Positions 19,028 to 29,841 of a DNA stretch of 64,000 bases are shown one piece after another; position 1 is the first letter of the stretch; the number at the start of each line of letters is the position of its first letter. Source of the stretch: a virus. The stretch lies in the IMG/VR virus record IMGVR_UViG_3300042387_002391. One strand, 5' to 3'. The notes below the pieces were generated by a model that was not told where the DNA came from, did no database searches, and was given only the letters and a program-made list of their open reading frames with translations. The position numbers and the translations under genes are program-made.

Positions 19028-19780
19028 TTATTTCTTGCCCTTCAATTGCTTGCTAAATTTTTGATAAAACTCTTTCTCTTTTGAATTATTTGGAAAAACA
19101 AAAGCAAACTCTTCTAAAGGACGTTTGTTCATCACAGAGGTCAAAAAACAAGCAAAGTGATAAAAATTAATTTGATTATGCAGAACTTGGTCGCAACAAA
19201 CAAAACTCTTCGGTTCTTCTGAACATTTTAGAACATACTGATCATCAAAAACGTTTTCACAATTACTTCTGATGCTCGATACAGCATGGACGCTGTTATC
19301 AAAAATCACATAACAATGTTCTAAACCATCTTCCCAAAAGCGATTAAAAAAGCTAATTGCACAACGAATGTGTGATCTATTAAGCACGTCTGCTTCACCA
19401 TCTAGAAGAAATTGTTTGTATGCTTCTCGTGCTTTGTCATATTCTGTAAACAATTGTTTGAAAAGCGAAGTATTACAGCAAAAAATTGCATATCCATCAG
19501 ACCAAAAAAATTCCGGATATTCAATAACTCTTAAAGGAAATTTTTGATATTTTTTTAAAAAACTATCTAACGTTTGTTTGTCTTTGGATTCAATCAAAAC
19601 AATCGAATCCAAAGTTTGCTCAAAAATTTCCTCAACGTCCTCTTCGAGGTCTGAAATTGATTTGAAGTAAAATTCCAGAGCAGGATCAAGTTTGCCCTCA
19701 GTAAAATAATTCAAGAGAACGTCAGAACAATTTTGAAACATTTGACGTGCAAAAGGATAACTTTGTTTCTCAAGCAACAT
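19028..19780 (-). CDS. Hypothetical protein (Y1)
   Basis: 250 aa; paralog of 17389-18153. Confidence 0.65.
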   Translation of the reverse strand: MLLEKQSYPFARQMFQNCSDVLLNYFTEGKLDPALEFYFKSISDLEEDVEEIFEQTLDSIVLIESKDKQTLDSFLKKYQKFPLRVIEYPEFFWSDGYAIFCCNTSLFKQLFTEYDKAREAYKQFLLDGEADVLNRSHIRCAISFFNRFWEDGLEHCYVIFDNSVHAVSSIRSNCENVFDDQYVLKCSEEPKSFVCCDQVLHNQINFYHFACFLTSVMNKRPLEEFAFVFPNNSKEKEFYQKFSKQLKGKK

Positions 19781-20444
19781 TTTTAAATATAATTTTGAAG
19801 TATTTGCGTCCTGCTAAAGTTTTGTTGGAAACGTGAGACAGTTCCGCTGGATCGATGACACGGTCGCTCAACCAGTATTTTTCAAAATCGTTTGGTTTAA
19901 AACCATGTTCTTCTTTATTTAGAGAACCTACTACTTTAAACCCCTTCTCTAGAGCTCCTCTAAGAAGCTTTTCCCAGAAAGGCCTTCCGAAACGATTAGC
20001 ATCTTGTCCTGAGGTAAAACTTGGAAATAATTTAGAAAGATAGTTTAAAACAATTTTTCTAGCAAGTCCTAAATTTTGCTCTTCGTGCCTTTGATCAGCT
20101 GAGTAAAGAACAAATTCATCGGTCGTACCGACAGGACGTTTTCCTATGCTTACAGGAGGATTAATGTGTTTTGTATGATAGATTTTGACCATGCACTCGC
20201 ATTGATTATTTTCGAAAAAGCAAAAAATATAATGTTTCATTCGTTCAGTAATATTTCTTTCCAAAACATATACTTCAAGACCTTCAAAATCTTCAAGCTT
20301 CTTTCCGCGTTCTTTTGCTTCAGCAACGTCCTCAGAATGAGCAACAGTATGCTCATCCGCAAGAACAGCATTTTCGTGATAATCTGGAGCTTCTGTCATC
20401 AAGCTCTTTTCTACTTCTTCAACTAGTGTATCAAATTTTTTCAT
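19770..20444 (-). CDS. Hypothetical protein (X1) with KFDTLVEEVEKS leader
   Basis: 224 aa; first ~65 nt nearly identical to 18737-18802. Confidence 0.65.
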   Translation of the reverse strand: MKKFDTLVEEVEKSLMTEAPDYHENAVLADEHTVAHSEDVAEAKERGKKLEDFEGLEVYVLERNITERMKHYIFCFFENNQCECMVKIYHTKHINPPVSIGKRPVGTTDEFVLYSADQRHEEQNLGLARKIVLNYLSKLFPSFTSGQDANRFGRPFWEKLLRGALEKGFKVVGSLNKEEHGFKPNDFEKYWLSDRVIDPAELSHVSNKTLAGRKYFKIIFKNVA

Positions 20445-20450
20445 AACTTA

Positions 20451-21332
20451 TCAATCAACGGGCTTCAACATCTTCGTGAACTCCATGAACTCTTCTGTTA
20501 AATTTCCTCCGGCAGCTGCTTCATGACCTCCACCAGAAGCAATTCTTTGAACAAATTTAGAAACATCTACAGAAGTGTTGTTTGGGCTTCTGCGCACGGC
20601 AATTCTTTTCTGATTAACAATAACAGCAATAGCAACATCAACTTTGTGTTTTGTTATCAAATAATCACAGCATTCTTGAACATATTTCTCACAAAAGACT
20701 GCTCCAACATTTACTGGAACACCGTCAAACTCAACTTTACCAAAGAATGGTTTTAGTTCTCTGAGATGACCACTCATGTGCTTCTTATATAGCTCAATCG
20801 TATTCTGTTTAAATTTATCAAAAGGAACAAAGCCGTTATAATAATCTTCAATAAACGATTCTACTTTGTTTGACATGCAATGATAAACAATATTAAGAGA
20901 TTCAGAAAGAGGAGTGGCACTTGTATGTGAATCCCAATCATCAGCAAGAGCAATCAAAGTCTTCTGAGCACTAGAAAGCTCTTTTCCAGCTTTTTTGAAG
21001 AACGTATCATAAATCAACTTCGAGCAAGATGTTTCATTATAGATTCTTGCAATTGCTTCTTTGAATGGATAAATGTTTGTTTTGTGATGATCGAGAATTA
21101 TTGTTGTTTTATGATCAATCATTTCTCCAATTTTTGAGACATCTAAATCAGCAAAATATAAGCGATCAACTTTCTTTTCGAGAGCCATCCATTTATAAAA
21201 ATCTTCAGAAAGCTTCATCGGAGTTGTTGCGACGTAATCTAGTTTCTTGTTATAAAGCCAGCAAAGAACAAGATAACTCACAATGCCATCAAGATCTTTA
21301 TGAAAGAATACTGTTGCGTTTGAATTAGTCAT
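20451..21332 (-). CDS. DHH/DHHA1 phosphoesterase
   Basis: HKDLDG, ILDHH and GGGHEAAAG motifs. Confidence 0.9.
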   Translation of the reverse strand: MTNSNATVFFHKDLDGIVSYLVLCWLYNKKLDYVATTPMKLSEDFYKWMALEKKVDRLYFADLDVSKIGEMIDHKTTIILDHHKTNIYPFKEAIARIYNETSCSKLIYDTFFKKAGKELSSAQKTLIALADDWDSHTSATPLSESLNIVYHCMSNKVESFIEDYYNGFVPFDKFKQNTIELYKKHMSGHLRELKPFFGKVEFDGVPVNVGAVFCEKYVQECCDYLITKHKVDVAIAVIVNQKRIAVRRSPNNTSVDVSKFVQRIASGGGHEAAAGGNLTEEFMEFTKMLKPVD

Positions 21333-21366
21333 AAAATTTAACAAAGAATTTTTATTTAACGGGATA

Positions 21367-21885
21367 TTAAAGTTTTTTATACAGATCGATCAGTTCCGGA
21401 TCGTTTGTGAAAATTAAAAAGCTTTTGAGATTACCTTTTGATTGAAAACACTCTTTAAAAGAAAAAGCAGAAATAGAAAAATTTAGATCATCTAAAGGCA
21501 ACTCGACGATCATGATATCTTTTTCATTTTTAACGATCTCACTTTGTTCGAAGAGTCGTGTAATAATATTCACAAACTCGTCGCGAGAAATTCCATTCTT
21601 TTGATCAAATCTTATATTAATAGAAGTTCTATCTTCATTTTTTTGCAAGAATTCATCAAACTGCACATACAACCGATCTTCTATTGAAATTCTTTCGTCA
21701 ACGCATTCAATTAAGCTCCGAATATAATCAAAGCTGTAGTTTTTCGATATAGTTATTCGAACAGACGTAGAACTTTCAAATATTTCGTAACTTTTAAATA
21801 ACTCTACAATTTGCGAATCTGAAGATCTCTTTATTAATTTCAAAGGTGTTTTTTGAAATGGCTTCTCAGACATCATAAGTTTCAA
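21367..21885 (-). CDS. Hypothetical protein
   Basis: 172-aa ORF in operon. Confidence 0.55.
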   Translation of the reverse strand: MKLMMSEKPFQKTPLKLIKRSSDSQIVELFKSYEIFESSTSVRITISKNYSFDYIRSLIECVDERISIEDRLYVQFDEFLQKNEDRTSINIRFDQKNGISRDEFVNIITRLFEQSEIVKNEKDIMIVELPLDDLNFSISAFSFKECFQSKGNLKSFLIFTNDPELIDLYKKL

Positions 21886-22438
21886 GAAAGTTAATTAACG
21901 GTTCATCTGTCAAAAGCATAATAGAACATATGTCATCATGTTCATATGAATATTGCGACTCTTCTGTGTTGTTGCTTTCAAATGTTTTAAATGTGTTGTT
22001 AGGATTAAATAGATCATAAATAAATTTCGAAAAATTTTGCGAAAGATCACAGTTTCTTAAAACTACAACAAGATTGTCTGAAATTATTATATTTTGATCG
22101 TGGATCCAATTTTTCAGATAAACCAAAAAAGTCTCTAAAAAGGTTTGTGATAGACTGTAATAATTTTTAATTTCCAATTCCCACATACAAGGAATCTTGT
22201 TATTACTTGTATATAAAATAAATCCAGGGCTATCGTGAGCCGAATTGTCAATATAACTAGTAAAACATCTGCAAGCTTCTAAACCTCTGTGATAAACCAA
22301 TCTTGCAAAACTATTTCGGGGATCGTCAATATCTTGCAATCGAAAAAATCCAATAGTCTCTTTACTGTCATCATAAATGTCTATAACAATTTCATGAGAA
22401 GCATCTTCTACTTTTAACTGGAAAGGCTTACTCTTCAT
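21866..22438 (-). CDS. Hypothetical protein
   Basis: 190-aa ORF overlapping both neighbours. Confidence 0.55.
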   Translation of the reverse strand: MKSKPFQLKVEDASHEIVIDIYDDSKETIGFFRLQDIDDPRNSFARLVYHRGLEACRCFTSYIDNSAHDSPGFILYTSNNKIPCMWELEIKNYYSLSQTFLETFLVYLKNWIHDQNIIISDNLVVVLRNCDLSQNFSKFIYDLFNPNNTFKTFESNNTEESQYSYEHDDICSIMLLTDEPLINFLETYDV

Positions 22439-23792
22439 TGATCAGGTTATTTAGCGCGTTTTCTGCTCCTTTGACAACACTCTCTGTAGAAGGACCATCT
22501 TCTTCAAAATAGTCTTTATTAGTTTCTTTCAGAGTAAGAGTATTGTAGTTGCATTTAAAGGCAGCACTTCCAAAGTTTGGACCGAAACGGTTTTTTTGTA
22601 AACCCATGTTAATGATTCCTAGCTCAATGTCCTCCTCTTCTCTCCACAAAGAGCAGATCAAGTCAGCTGTAGATGCAATTCCTATACTGTCTGCAATTCC
22701 TTCCATTCCTGGAGACGAAGTATTAAAATTTCCGCGATTTAGCTGAGTGGCGCTAACGCAAGGCAGATTGAATTCAAATGCTAAAGCTCTTAATTGTTCT
22801 GCTATTTCTTTAATTGATTCGTACGAATTTAAACCTTTACTGACAGGTTGAATTAAATTAATGTAGTCAATTACTATGACGTCAGGTATAAATCCTTTGT
22901 GTTTAAGTTTTTTGAGATACGAACTAATCTGACGAACAGTAACCGTTTTTGGAGGATATTCTTTGATTATCAAACGGCTAGATAAATTTTTTTCAATGTG
23001 TTTGATTTGCTCCTTTAGTTCTATAGTAAATGTCTTCAGATCATTATGTGGAATTTGCGACATTTGCGCACTAATTCTCTTGGCATACATAAACTCAGAC
23101 ATTTCCAAAGAGATCAACAGAACGTTTTTATTTTGCAGTAATAGATTAGTTGCAATGTTACCAAGAACAATCGACTTTCCGACGTTCACTTGACCTGCAA
23201 ATATCGTAAGCGTCTTTGGAAAAAGTCCTCCTTCTGTCCTATCATCCAAAAACTTCCAGCCTGTAGGAATTGGATTGTAAGTCGTCGTTAATTCTTTAAC
23301 GTGCTTATCGATATCTTCAAAATACCAGTGACCAAGATTTTCCTTTAAAGTAATATTATAAGCCTTTTCAAAATCTACAAGAACCTCTTCAATCTTAAAA
23401 GAATTATCTGAAAATTTCTCAGCAACGTTTAGAATAGTTTTATAAACAAACCTTTCTTTAAGAAATTTTTCTGTATTAGCAATCAGTTCGTCTTTATTAT
23501 AAGAAGAATCTAGCTGAGCCAAACGAGGCTTTAAATCAGCAAGAGCTTTTCTATCCTCGTCTGAAGTCAGCCTTGCTTTTATTTCTGTTACTGAAGGAAC
23601 TACACCATGCTGCGTAAAAAACTCTGCTACCTTTCCAACAATTTTACCAATATTTTTATCATTAAAAAAAGAAGGATCCAGATAACTTATAATTGAGCTC
23701 AAATACTCTTGATCAGCAAGAGCATTGAGCAACAATATATTTTCAAAATAATCTAAATCAACTTTTGGAGCTGGAGATTGCTTATCACTCAT
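22428..23792 (-). CDS. gp41: Replicative DnaB-like helicase (gp41)
   Basis: GQVNVGKS, SLEMSE, IDYINL, SATQLNR and KNRFG motifs. Confidence 0.95.
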   Translation of the reverse strand: MSDKQSPAPKVDLDYFENILLLNALADQEYLSSIISYLDPSFFNDKNIGKIVGKVAEFFTQHGVVPSVTEIKARLTSDEDRKALADLKPRLAQLDSSYNKDELIANTEKFLKERFVYKTILNVAEKFSDNSFKIEEVLVDFEKAYNITLKENLGHWYFEDIDKHVKELTTTYNPIPTGWKFLDDRTEGGLFPKTLTIFAGQVNVGKSIVLGNIATNLLLQNKNVLLISLEMSEFMYAKRISAQMSQIPHNDLKTFTIELKEQIKHIEKNLSSRLIIKEYPPKTVTVRQISSYLKKLKHKGFIPDVIVIDYINLIQPVSKGLNSYESIKEIAEQLRALAFEFNLPCVSATQLNRGNFNTSSPGMEGIADSIGIASTADLICSLWREEEDIELGIINMGLQKNRFGPNFGSAAFKCNYNTLTLKETNKDYFEEDGPSTESVVKGAENALNNLINEE

Positions 23793-24946
23793 TCAGAATC
23801 ATCTTCGCTGGATTCTTCGTCGCTGTCAACAATACTTTCTTCAGACTCGTTTTTAAAACAAAGTTCTTTTTGCAGCTTTGCCTCAAGGACTGGCAAGATC
23901 TTATTCCAAATTGCTTCATCGTCCTTAAAATCTTTAAAGTAACCAAGCATTTCGCCATTAAGAGCATAACGATGTCCTTGCTTTTCAAGCACTCCGTAAC
24001 CCTCTGCCATTTCAAGTAATCCCGAAAATTTATTCAAACCTGTTCGGAAGTTCAAATACATTTCAATTTCAAGAAAAGGCGTAACAAAACGGTTTTTGGT
24101 AGTGAATGCTCTCAGAGTTACACCATTAATTCCTTTTGCAAGAAAGGTCATTTCTGAATTTGCGTCTTTATTTTTAGTGTCTTCTGCTCGCTCTGTCTTC
24201 TTTGCAAGCTGAACAATTACAGAAGCCATATACAAAGGACCAGATCCACCTGCTTGCTTTTTAATAGCACTCGGATGCAGCTGAGACGGATCCTCATAAA
24301 TGTGATTAGTAAATACGACTGGACAGTTTGCCTTTGCAGCGGCATGAGTAATTGCTCGCATCAGACTTTTGAGTTGTCTTGCTCTGTTGCCCATATCCAC
24401 GGTTTCTGCACCTTCGTCGATTTTCTTTTTCTCTTGTGCAGTAATCAAATTTCCCAATGAATCAATAACAACCAAGACTTTGCCTTGCAATTTGCTTTGA
24501 ACGATCGTATCCAAGAATTGAACAATCTCATTTCGACATTGTTCTGTAATTTCAGAAGGCACGTGCTTAATTTTTTTAGTGTCGCAACCAAGACGCTCTG
24601 CGGTTGCTTGATCAAGTGCTCCCTCAGTATCAAAGTAGGCAACATACATTCCTTTCTTTTGAGCATTGGCCATAATTTTGTTAGCCAAAACGGTCTTACC
24701 GCAACTTTCCGCACCAATTAATGCTGTGAGACGCCCCATTGGAATGCCTCCATAAAGCGATCCGGAAACGATTGCATTGAGGGCATAAGAGCCTGTATCA
24801 ATCCATTCATTAACCGTAGACAAGCTATTGCCATCCAAAAATGCTGCATTTGAATTTAGTTTATCAAGAACTTTAAAAGCATCTTGAATTGAACCTACTG
24901 ATGAATCTTCTACTTCCTCTTCGTTAGTTTTTTTAGTTTTAGCCAT
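23789..24946 (-). CDS. uvsX: RecA-like recombinase UvsX
   Basis: IDTGSYALN, GAESCGKT, FDTEGA, IDSLG and KNRF motifs. Confidence 0.93.
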   Translation of the reverse strand: MAKTKKTNEEEVEDSSVGSIQDAFKVLDKLNSNAAFLDGNSLSTVNEWIDTGSYALNAIVSGSLYGGIPMGRLTALIGAESCGKTVLANKIMANAQKKGMYVAYFDTEGALDQATAERLGCDTKKIKHVPSEITEQCRNEIVQFLDTIVQSKLQGKVLVVIDSLGNLITAQEKKKIDEGAETVDMGNRARQLKSLMRAITHAAAKANCPVVFTNHIYEDPSQLHPSAIKKQAGGSGPLYMASVIVQLAKKTERAEDTKNKDANSEMTFLAKGINGVTLRAFTTKNRFVTPFLEIEMYLNFRTGLNKFSGLLEMAEGYGVLEKQGHRYALNGEMLGYFKDFKDDEAIWNKILPVLEAKLQKELCFKNESEESIVDSDEESSEDDSE

Positions 24947-24995
24947 ATGTTTTCTCTATAAGAATCTTGTATTTTTAGAATTTTTCAACAAAAGA

Positions 24996-25024
24996 AAAAG
25001 GAGAGTTTTGGACTCTCCTTTTTT
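24996..25024. terminator. Intrinsic terminator
   Basis: aaaaaggagagt-ttgg-actctcctttt-type inverted repeat with A/T tails. Confidence 0.8.
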
Positions 25025-25049
25025 AGCAGTTGACTCTTAACTAAAGTTT

Positions 25050-25412
25050 TTATTCATCGTCAAACAATTTCACTACGTCAGCACTTTTCTGTTGAGCAGG
25101 CTGCGGAGGTGCAAAAAGCTGATCATACTGAGCAGCAAATTGAAAAGCAAAAGGAATTGAATCGCTGAGAGTAATATTTGCCTTATTAAAGTGCCATACC
25201 GTTGGTTGACCTTTATCTGCTTGAAATTCCTTGAAAAACAAGGGAAGAATTTGAAGCTGGAGTTGGTTTGTTTGTGAATTTGGTTGGATATGAACCAGAG
25301 CAGGATTCTCAATAGTCAGAGTGGTCTCTGTTTGCTTAATTGCTTTTCCGATGACTGTTCGTCCGATTGTATCGAGGAACACTGTTAGTTCTTTGTTGGT
25401 TGTTTCACTCAT
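25050..25412 (-). CDS. Hypothetical protein
   Basis: 120-aa ORF ending VVKLFDDE. Confidence 0.6.
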   Translation of the reverse strand: MSETTNKELTVFLDTIGRTVIGKAIKQTETTLTIENPALVHIQPNSQTNQLQLQILPLFFKEFQADKGQPTVWHFNKANITLSDSIPFAFQFAAQYDQLFAPPQPAQQKSADVVKLFDDE

Positions 25413-25774
25413 AATTTGTAAGCCTTGACCTTCTTTGATTTTTTAGAAAGTTCAACAACCTGCGTGACATAAAGCAAAACTTTTTCTCCTTTCGGAGTTA
25501 GCATAATTCTGTCATCCGAAGCAATCCAAATCAGATCATAAACTTCGAGCATGTACATAAAATCTCCGGCAAGGTCGCAAGTAATATAATCAACAAGATA
25601 ACAATCCTCATTTACAATACTTTTTAAAGTATCATAGAGCTCTTGATAGGAAAGAGCTTGAAGAATTTGTTCTGCAGAGTACACAAAGGTAATTAGTTCA
25701 CATTCCAAACATTTCAAAAAGATCTGTCTGAACTTCTTTTCCAATTTGCGGTAAAGACCATCCAATTGCTTCAT
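25409..25774 (-). CDS. Hypothetical protein (possible winged helix; true start probably further downstream)
   Basis: IMLTPKGEK wing-like motif; ATGA overlap with the next gene. Confidence 0.45.
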   Translation of the reverse strand: MKQLDGLYRKLEKKFRQIFLKCLECELITFVYSAEQILQALSYQELYDTLKSIVNEDCYLVDYITCDLAGDFMYMLEVYDLIWIASDDRIMLTPKGEKVLLYVTQVVELSKKSKKVKAYKL

Positions 25775-27320
25775 ATAAGCGCTCAGTTGGTTGCGTGACT
25801 AATTTTGCAAACATCCTATCCCAATCTGGCTTCAGACCAAATTCTAAAGGAAGTGTCGAAACGTATGTAATTGCGTCCAAACCGTATTTGTTCTTTGTGC
25901 AATATAACTTCTTAACTTTCTGTCCAGTCTGAATTGCTTCAAATTTATCATCAATTTTAAACTCTTTAATAAGAATATTATAAGCAATTGCTCCTTTGAC
26001 ATGAGAAGGAGTTTTATTTGCAAATTTGTAGAGCGATGATCCTTCTGCATATTTGTCGAGATTGTTAATAGAAGTTCTGGCAGCAACATCATTAGGATCA
26101 AGATTCAAAAATTCATTATAACCTTCTCTATAAACTTCGTTGGTTTGCTTTATATTTTGAGTAAGAAGTGCTGTTTGAATAATTTTTTCAATAAACTTCT
26201 TAACTTTCTTCGGAGTTGTTGAGCGAACAAGTTCAATTCCTGTATATTTAAATTTATCTACAGCAACGCCCTCTTCATCAAGAACGTGAAGAACATATCG
26301 CTTCTTTTGCAAGAATATTCCAACATCCGAAATAACTTCTCTCTTGAAAACATATCGAGGATCAACTGAAAATAATTCTTTCCTAGCCCACTCGAGAATT
26401 TCTGTATTGACTACTTTATCGAGTTCATCAACAATTTCATGAACCTTTTCATTAACCTTTCCATCAATTGTAAGAGGAATGTTTTGCTTTTGGAGAATTG
26501 GATCAATTGTTATATAAACAGAATTATGAACAAGAATGTCATTAGCAAAGAAAGTATGCTCTGTGTCATCTGCCATTTCAATATCATAAACATATTCATC
26601 TTCAAACTCTCCAATGTGTTCTACTGAAGTAATATCAACAATTAAAGGGGTTCTGTTTACATTTACAACAAATTTATCAGTATCTTTGCAAACTTGCTTT
26701 GGAGGCAATCTCAACAAAGTATTGTCTCTCCAAACCATGCAACCATGATCTTCTGTCATTATTACTTCGTTGCCATTTGCACAAACTTTATATTTGCCTT
26801 TTGAAACTTTGTGACGAATGAGCTTTTTTATTTTTCCAAAAACAATTTCGTGATTTTCGGAATTATAAGTCAAACATTGCAAATCGATGTCAGAAACATC
26901 CAAAATTTCATGACCAAATTGTGAGAGGTCTGTTGGACTGTTTTTGAATTTTTCATACAAGTCACCAATGCAAATATCCCCTTTATTAGTGGTTATAACA
27001 GTGCTAAAAATTTCACTGTCCGTATCGCCATATTTGGTAACTGACTCAGAAATGCCGTATTTTTCTCTTACAAAATTGTCAAGAATGTTTCCTCCAGCCT
27101 TGGCAACGCTTTGGCCAGTTGCTGTAATAGATGAGGCATGATCCAAGTCCATCAAAGACGAGTGTTTGTTAGACGTGACACCATAGGCGCTGTTCAAGAG
27201 CACCTTCAAAGCGGCATTAAGATTGTTGTAGTGGGTTATACTCCATACCATTTTCTTCTCTAATTCCTTCAACTCTTCTAGAGTCATTTCTTGATAGGAT
27301 TTTTTTGTCATATGGTTCAA
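25698..27320 (-). CDS. gp43: Family B DNA polymerase fragment C (fingers-2, palm, thumb) with intein
   Basis: KVLLNSAYG, YGDTD|S, KKRY and GIELVRS motifs; clamp-binding-like tail DLFEMF. Confidence 0.92.
   Translation of the reverse strand: MNHMTKKSYQEMTLEELKELEKKMVWSITHYNNLNAALKVLLNSAYGVTSNKHSSLMDLDHASSITATGQSVAKAGGNILDNFVREKYGISESVTKYGDTDSEIFSTVITTNKGDICIGDLYEKFKNSPTDLSQFGHEILDVSDIDLQCLTYNSENHEIVFGKIKKLIRHKVSKGKYKVCANGNEVIMTEDHGCMVWRDNTLLRLPPKQVCKDTDKFVVNVNRTPLIVDITSVEHIGEFEDEYVYDIEMADDTEHTFFANDILVHNSVYITIDPILQKQNIPLTIDGKVNEKVHEIVDELDKVVNTEILEWARKELFSVDPRYVFKREVISDVGIFLQKKRYVLHVLDEEGVAVDKFKYTGIELVRSTTPKKVKKFIEKIIQTALLTQNIKQTNEVYREGYNEFLNLDPNDVAARTSINNLDKYAEGSSLYKFANKTPSHVKGAIAYNILIKEFKIDDKFEAIQTGQKVKKLYCTKNKYGLDAITYVSTLPLEFGLKPDWDRMFAKLVTQPTERLYEAIGWSLPQIGKEVQTDLFEMFGM
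26523..27017 (-). mobile_element. Cis mini-intein (165 aa) at the polB YGDTD|S site
   Basis: Ser start, MTEDH block B, FANDILVHN|S end. Confidence 0.9.
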
Positions 27321-28524
27321 AATATTTTAAGTCTTCGTCTGTTAAATTTAACACGATGTCGATTACTCGTTCGTCTTCTATCTTAGCATTCTTTTTCTTA
27401 TTTTCTACTGAAGTTAACATTTGTAGGTTTTTAAAGTGTGACATTTTTTGGGGATCAATGTCGTGCTCAAAGCCGTAAATTTTAGGTAGAACATGGTCTA
27501 TGTGAAACTTCTTTAATCCTCTCGGAAGATTGTCGGGATTAATAACATTTCTGTGGAGTCTATATGATATGGTCGTATAATACTCTACTAAAAATTTGTA
27601 TTCTGCCCACTTTTCAGGATCTCTATGTTTTCTATTGCTTAGTCCTGTATATGTCCATCTACATCTTTCGCTACAAAAATCACGATAACCTGTATTAAGC
27701 GTTTTAAACTCACAAGGCTTATTGCAAAAAAGACATTCGTCAGGTTTATCTTTTTCATACATGAAAAGATGATACGATTCAGGTTTTGTTTTTGCTGGAT
27801 ATTCTTTTACAATTTTCGAATGAATTGAAGGAAAGTAATGTTCTACGAAATACGTCATCGAACAATAATCGATCTTATTGAGCTCTGTAATAAATTCGTG
27901 CAAGTTTTTCTCATCGTGTTTGTTAGCAAATTCTGCAAGTGCTTGATATGAGTATCCCACCGACAATGTTTGAAACTGCAAGTGTTTGCCGTTGCAAATT
28001 ATTGGTTCTATATCATGATAATAACAGTAAAGAGCTTCCCTGTTATGTTTGCATTTTTTTCTAATTTCTTTGAGTTTTTTGTATTCGTCAGGAAAGGCTA
28101 GTTTAGCAACATCGATCAATTGTACTCCTGAAAGTTTATTGTCAGCGCATACCTTTATTATGTCTTTCAGCGAACTTTTGTTGTTGGTATTTTCGATGAG
28201 AACATGCACATTAACGTTTTTCCAAACATACTTGGTGGAAACTATAATGTCGTTATAAATCAACGGTGTATAATTTTTTTCTGTAAAAGAAATTTTTTTA
28301 AACTCGCCGCTTACGGTTTTATAGTACACTGTCTTTCCTTCAACCTTTTTCCAAAGATCCGGATAATCTGATTTAATCTTAGCAAAACTATCTTTGGTGT
28401 AGTTTGCGTTAATAAATTTTCTTGGAGTAGAAAGAGTTTTTGTAATCAACTCTACCAACTCATTATTTTCTTCAGAACTTCCGTAAGTAGGGTTTTCGCT
28501 ATTGTTACTATTATCAATTATCAT
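27217..28524 (-). mobile_element. Free-standing HNH homing endonuclease gene inside polB
   Basis: HIDHVLP...NLQMLTSVENKKK; CLFC..F....GYRDFC module. Confidence 0.85.
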
Positions 28525-28548
28525 GATAATAGTATTTATGCTATAAAT

Positions 28549-29841
28549 TTATTTTTCTTTGGATTTAATAGCCTTTTTGATTTTGGCGAGCTCTTGCTTA
28601 AAATAATTCATCTGATCCTTACTTTCTACACGCTCTTTGTAGATCTGATCGATTAGATTTGGAAGAATACCTTTGGTTTTTTGACTATACAATACTCCAG
28701 CCTTAGTGAGTGCTACATTTTCTTTGACTAGGAATTCTTTAAATTTTTGTCCCGAAAGCGTATGAATCTTGCCATTCAAAAGCCTTATCGAAATTTCTCC
28801 TTTTGGATCATTAGCAATATTCCCGAAATCTCCTTGAACAACTTTCCCTAATTTTGTTTCTGGAGAAATGTTTAATGTAATAATAGTATTGGGATATAGT
28901 GAATTAACGTCAAAACTCACAATCGACTTTTGAATACCTCTTTCTGGATCTCTTACAAACCCTCCTTCAAAAGCTTCTCTGTCAAGATTGTTCGGAAAGG
29001 TGGGAATAACCATTCCTTGTTTATGAGCCTGAATAGCAACTGCTCCCGTAACAACTGCAACTTTTCCGAGGGCTGCTTCAAAATTTGTGCATCCCTTATA
29101 AGCAATCATTCTAGCAATTTCCAAGAATTTGAGCTTTTCTTCAAGCTTTACGAGCAAATGCACATCTTGAATATTGTAATCTACAAACAATTTCCAGTCT
29201 GTATGAGCCAATTCACCTAAGCTAACTGCATTATAAGCAATCTTTCCTTCTCCGAGTTCAAGTTCAGCAATATAATTTAAACTAAACGATTCTTTCTCTC
29301 CAGGCGAAAAGGCTTTATAAAGATCCATGTAATCAATCAAAGACACTCCGCTAATCGACCATACAGTAATTTCTTTACCCATGTCAGTAAAGACTTTCCT
29401 TCCTCTCACATTTCCAACTGGCGACAACTGTTTTACGAAGTCGTCGCCAAAAATTCTCGTAAATCGATTAATGATATAAGGAAAGTCAAACCCAGAAGAA
29501 TTCCAACCTGAAGCAATATCTGGATAATCGCTCTTCCAAAAATCTACAAATTGCAAGATCAAATCTTGCTCATCCTTACATCTGTGATAAATGCAATCAG
29601 GAAGAGTTGGAGTATATTGCTCCTTAAGTCCCCAAGTATGAGTTGCTTTGGTTAAGGTATCATAAATTGTTATCAAATTGATAGGAACGGCTGCTCTCTC
29701 AGGAACTGGGAACTGTCCTCTCTTTGCGTAACAAGTTTGAGAGTAGCTAACCCATTTGTGCTGTTCTTCATCATACACCTCATATTCTTCTTTATCAGAA
29801 AGTGTTAAAAAATTTTCTATGCTAATTTGTTGTTCTGTCAT
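28549..29841 (-). CDS. gp43: Family B DNA polymerase fragment B (exonuclease II/III, motif A, fingers-1)
   Basis: GWNSSGFDFPY, YNIQDV, FDVNSLYP motifs; ends in the fingers helix. Confidence 0.92.
   Translation of the reverse strand: MTEQQISIENFLTLSDKEEYEVYDEEQHKWVSYSQTCYAKRGQFPVPERAAVPINLITIYDTLTKATHTWGLKEQYTPTLPDCIYHRCKDEQDLILQFVDFWKSDYPDIASGWNSSGFDFPYIINRFTRIFGDDFVKQLSPVGNVRGRKVFTDMGKEITVWSISGVSLIDYMDLYKAFSPGEKESFSLNYIAELELGEGKIAYNAVSLGELAHTDWKLFVDYNIQDVHLLVKLEEKLKFLEIARMIAYKGCTNFEAALGKVAVVTGAVAIQAHKQGMVIPTFPNNLDREAFEGGFVRDPERGIQKSIVSFDVNSLYPNTIITLNISPETKLGKVVQGDFGNIANDPKGEISIRLLNGKIHTLSGQKFKEFLVKENVALTKAGVLYSQKTKGILPNLIDQIYKERVESKDQMNYFKQELAKIKKAIKSKEK

Larger units (their letters stand above)
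17154..19119. repeat. Imperfect direct repeat of ~300 nt (17154-17480 vs 18823-19119)
   Basis: Near-identical DNA covering the 3' end of the Y genes and 5' part of the Z genes; the second copy has a 30-nt deletion. Confidence 0.85.

Noticed and set aside
21367-22438. Paralogy of the two ORFs starting M.(S/E)KPFQ
   Set aside because: Similarity is limited to a few terminal residues and cannot be supported without an alignment
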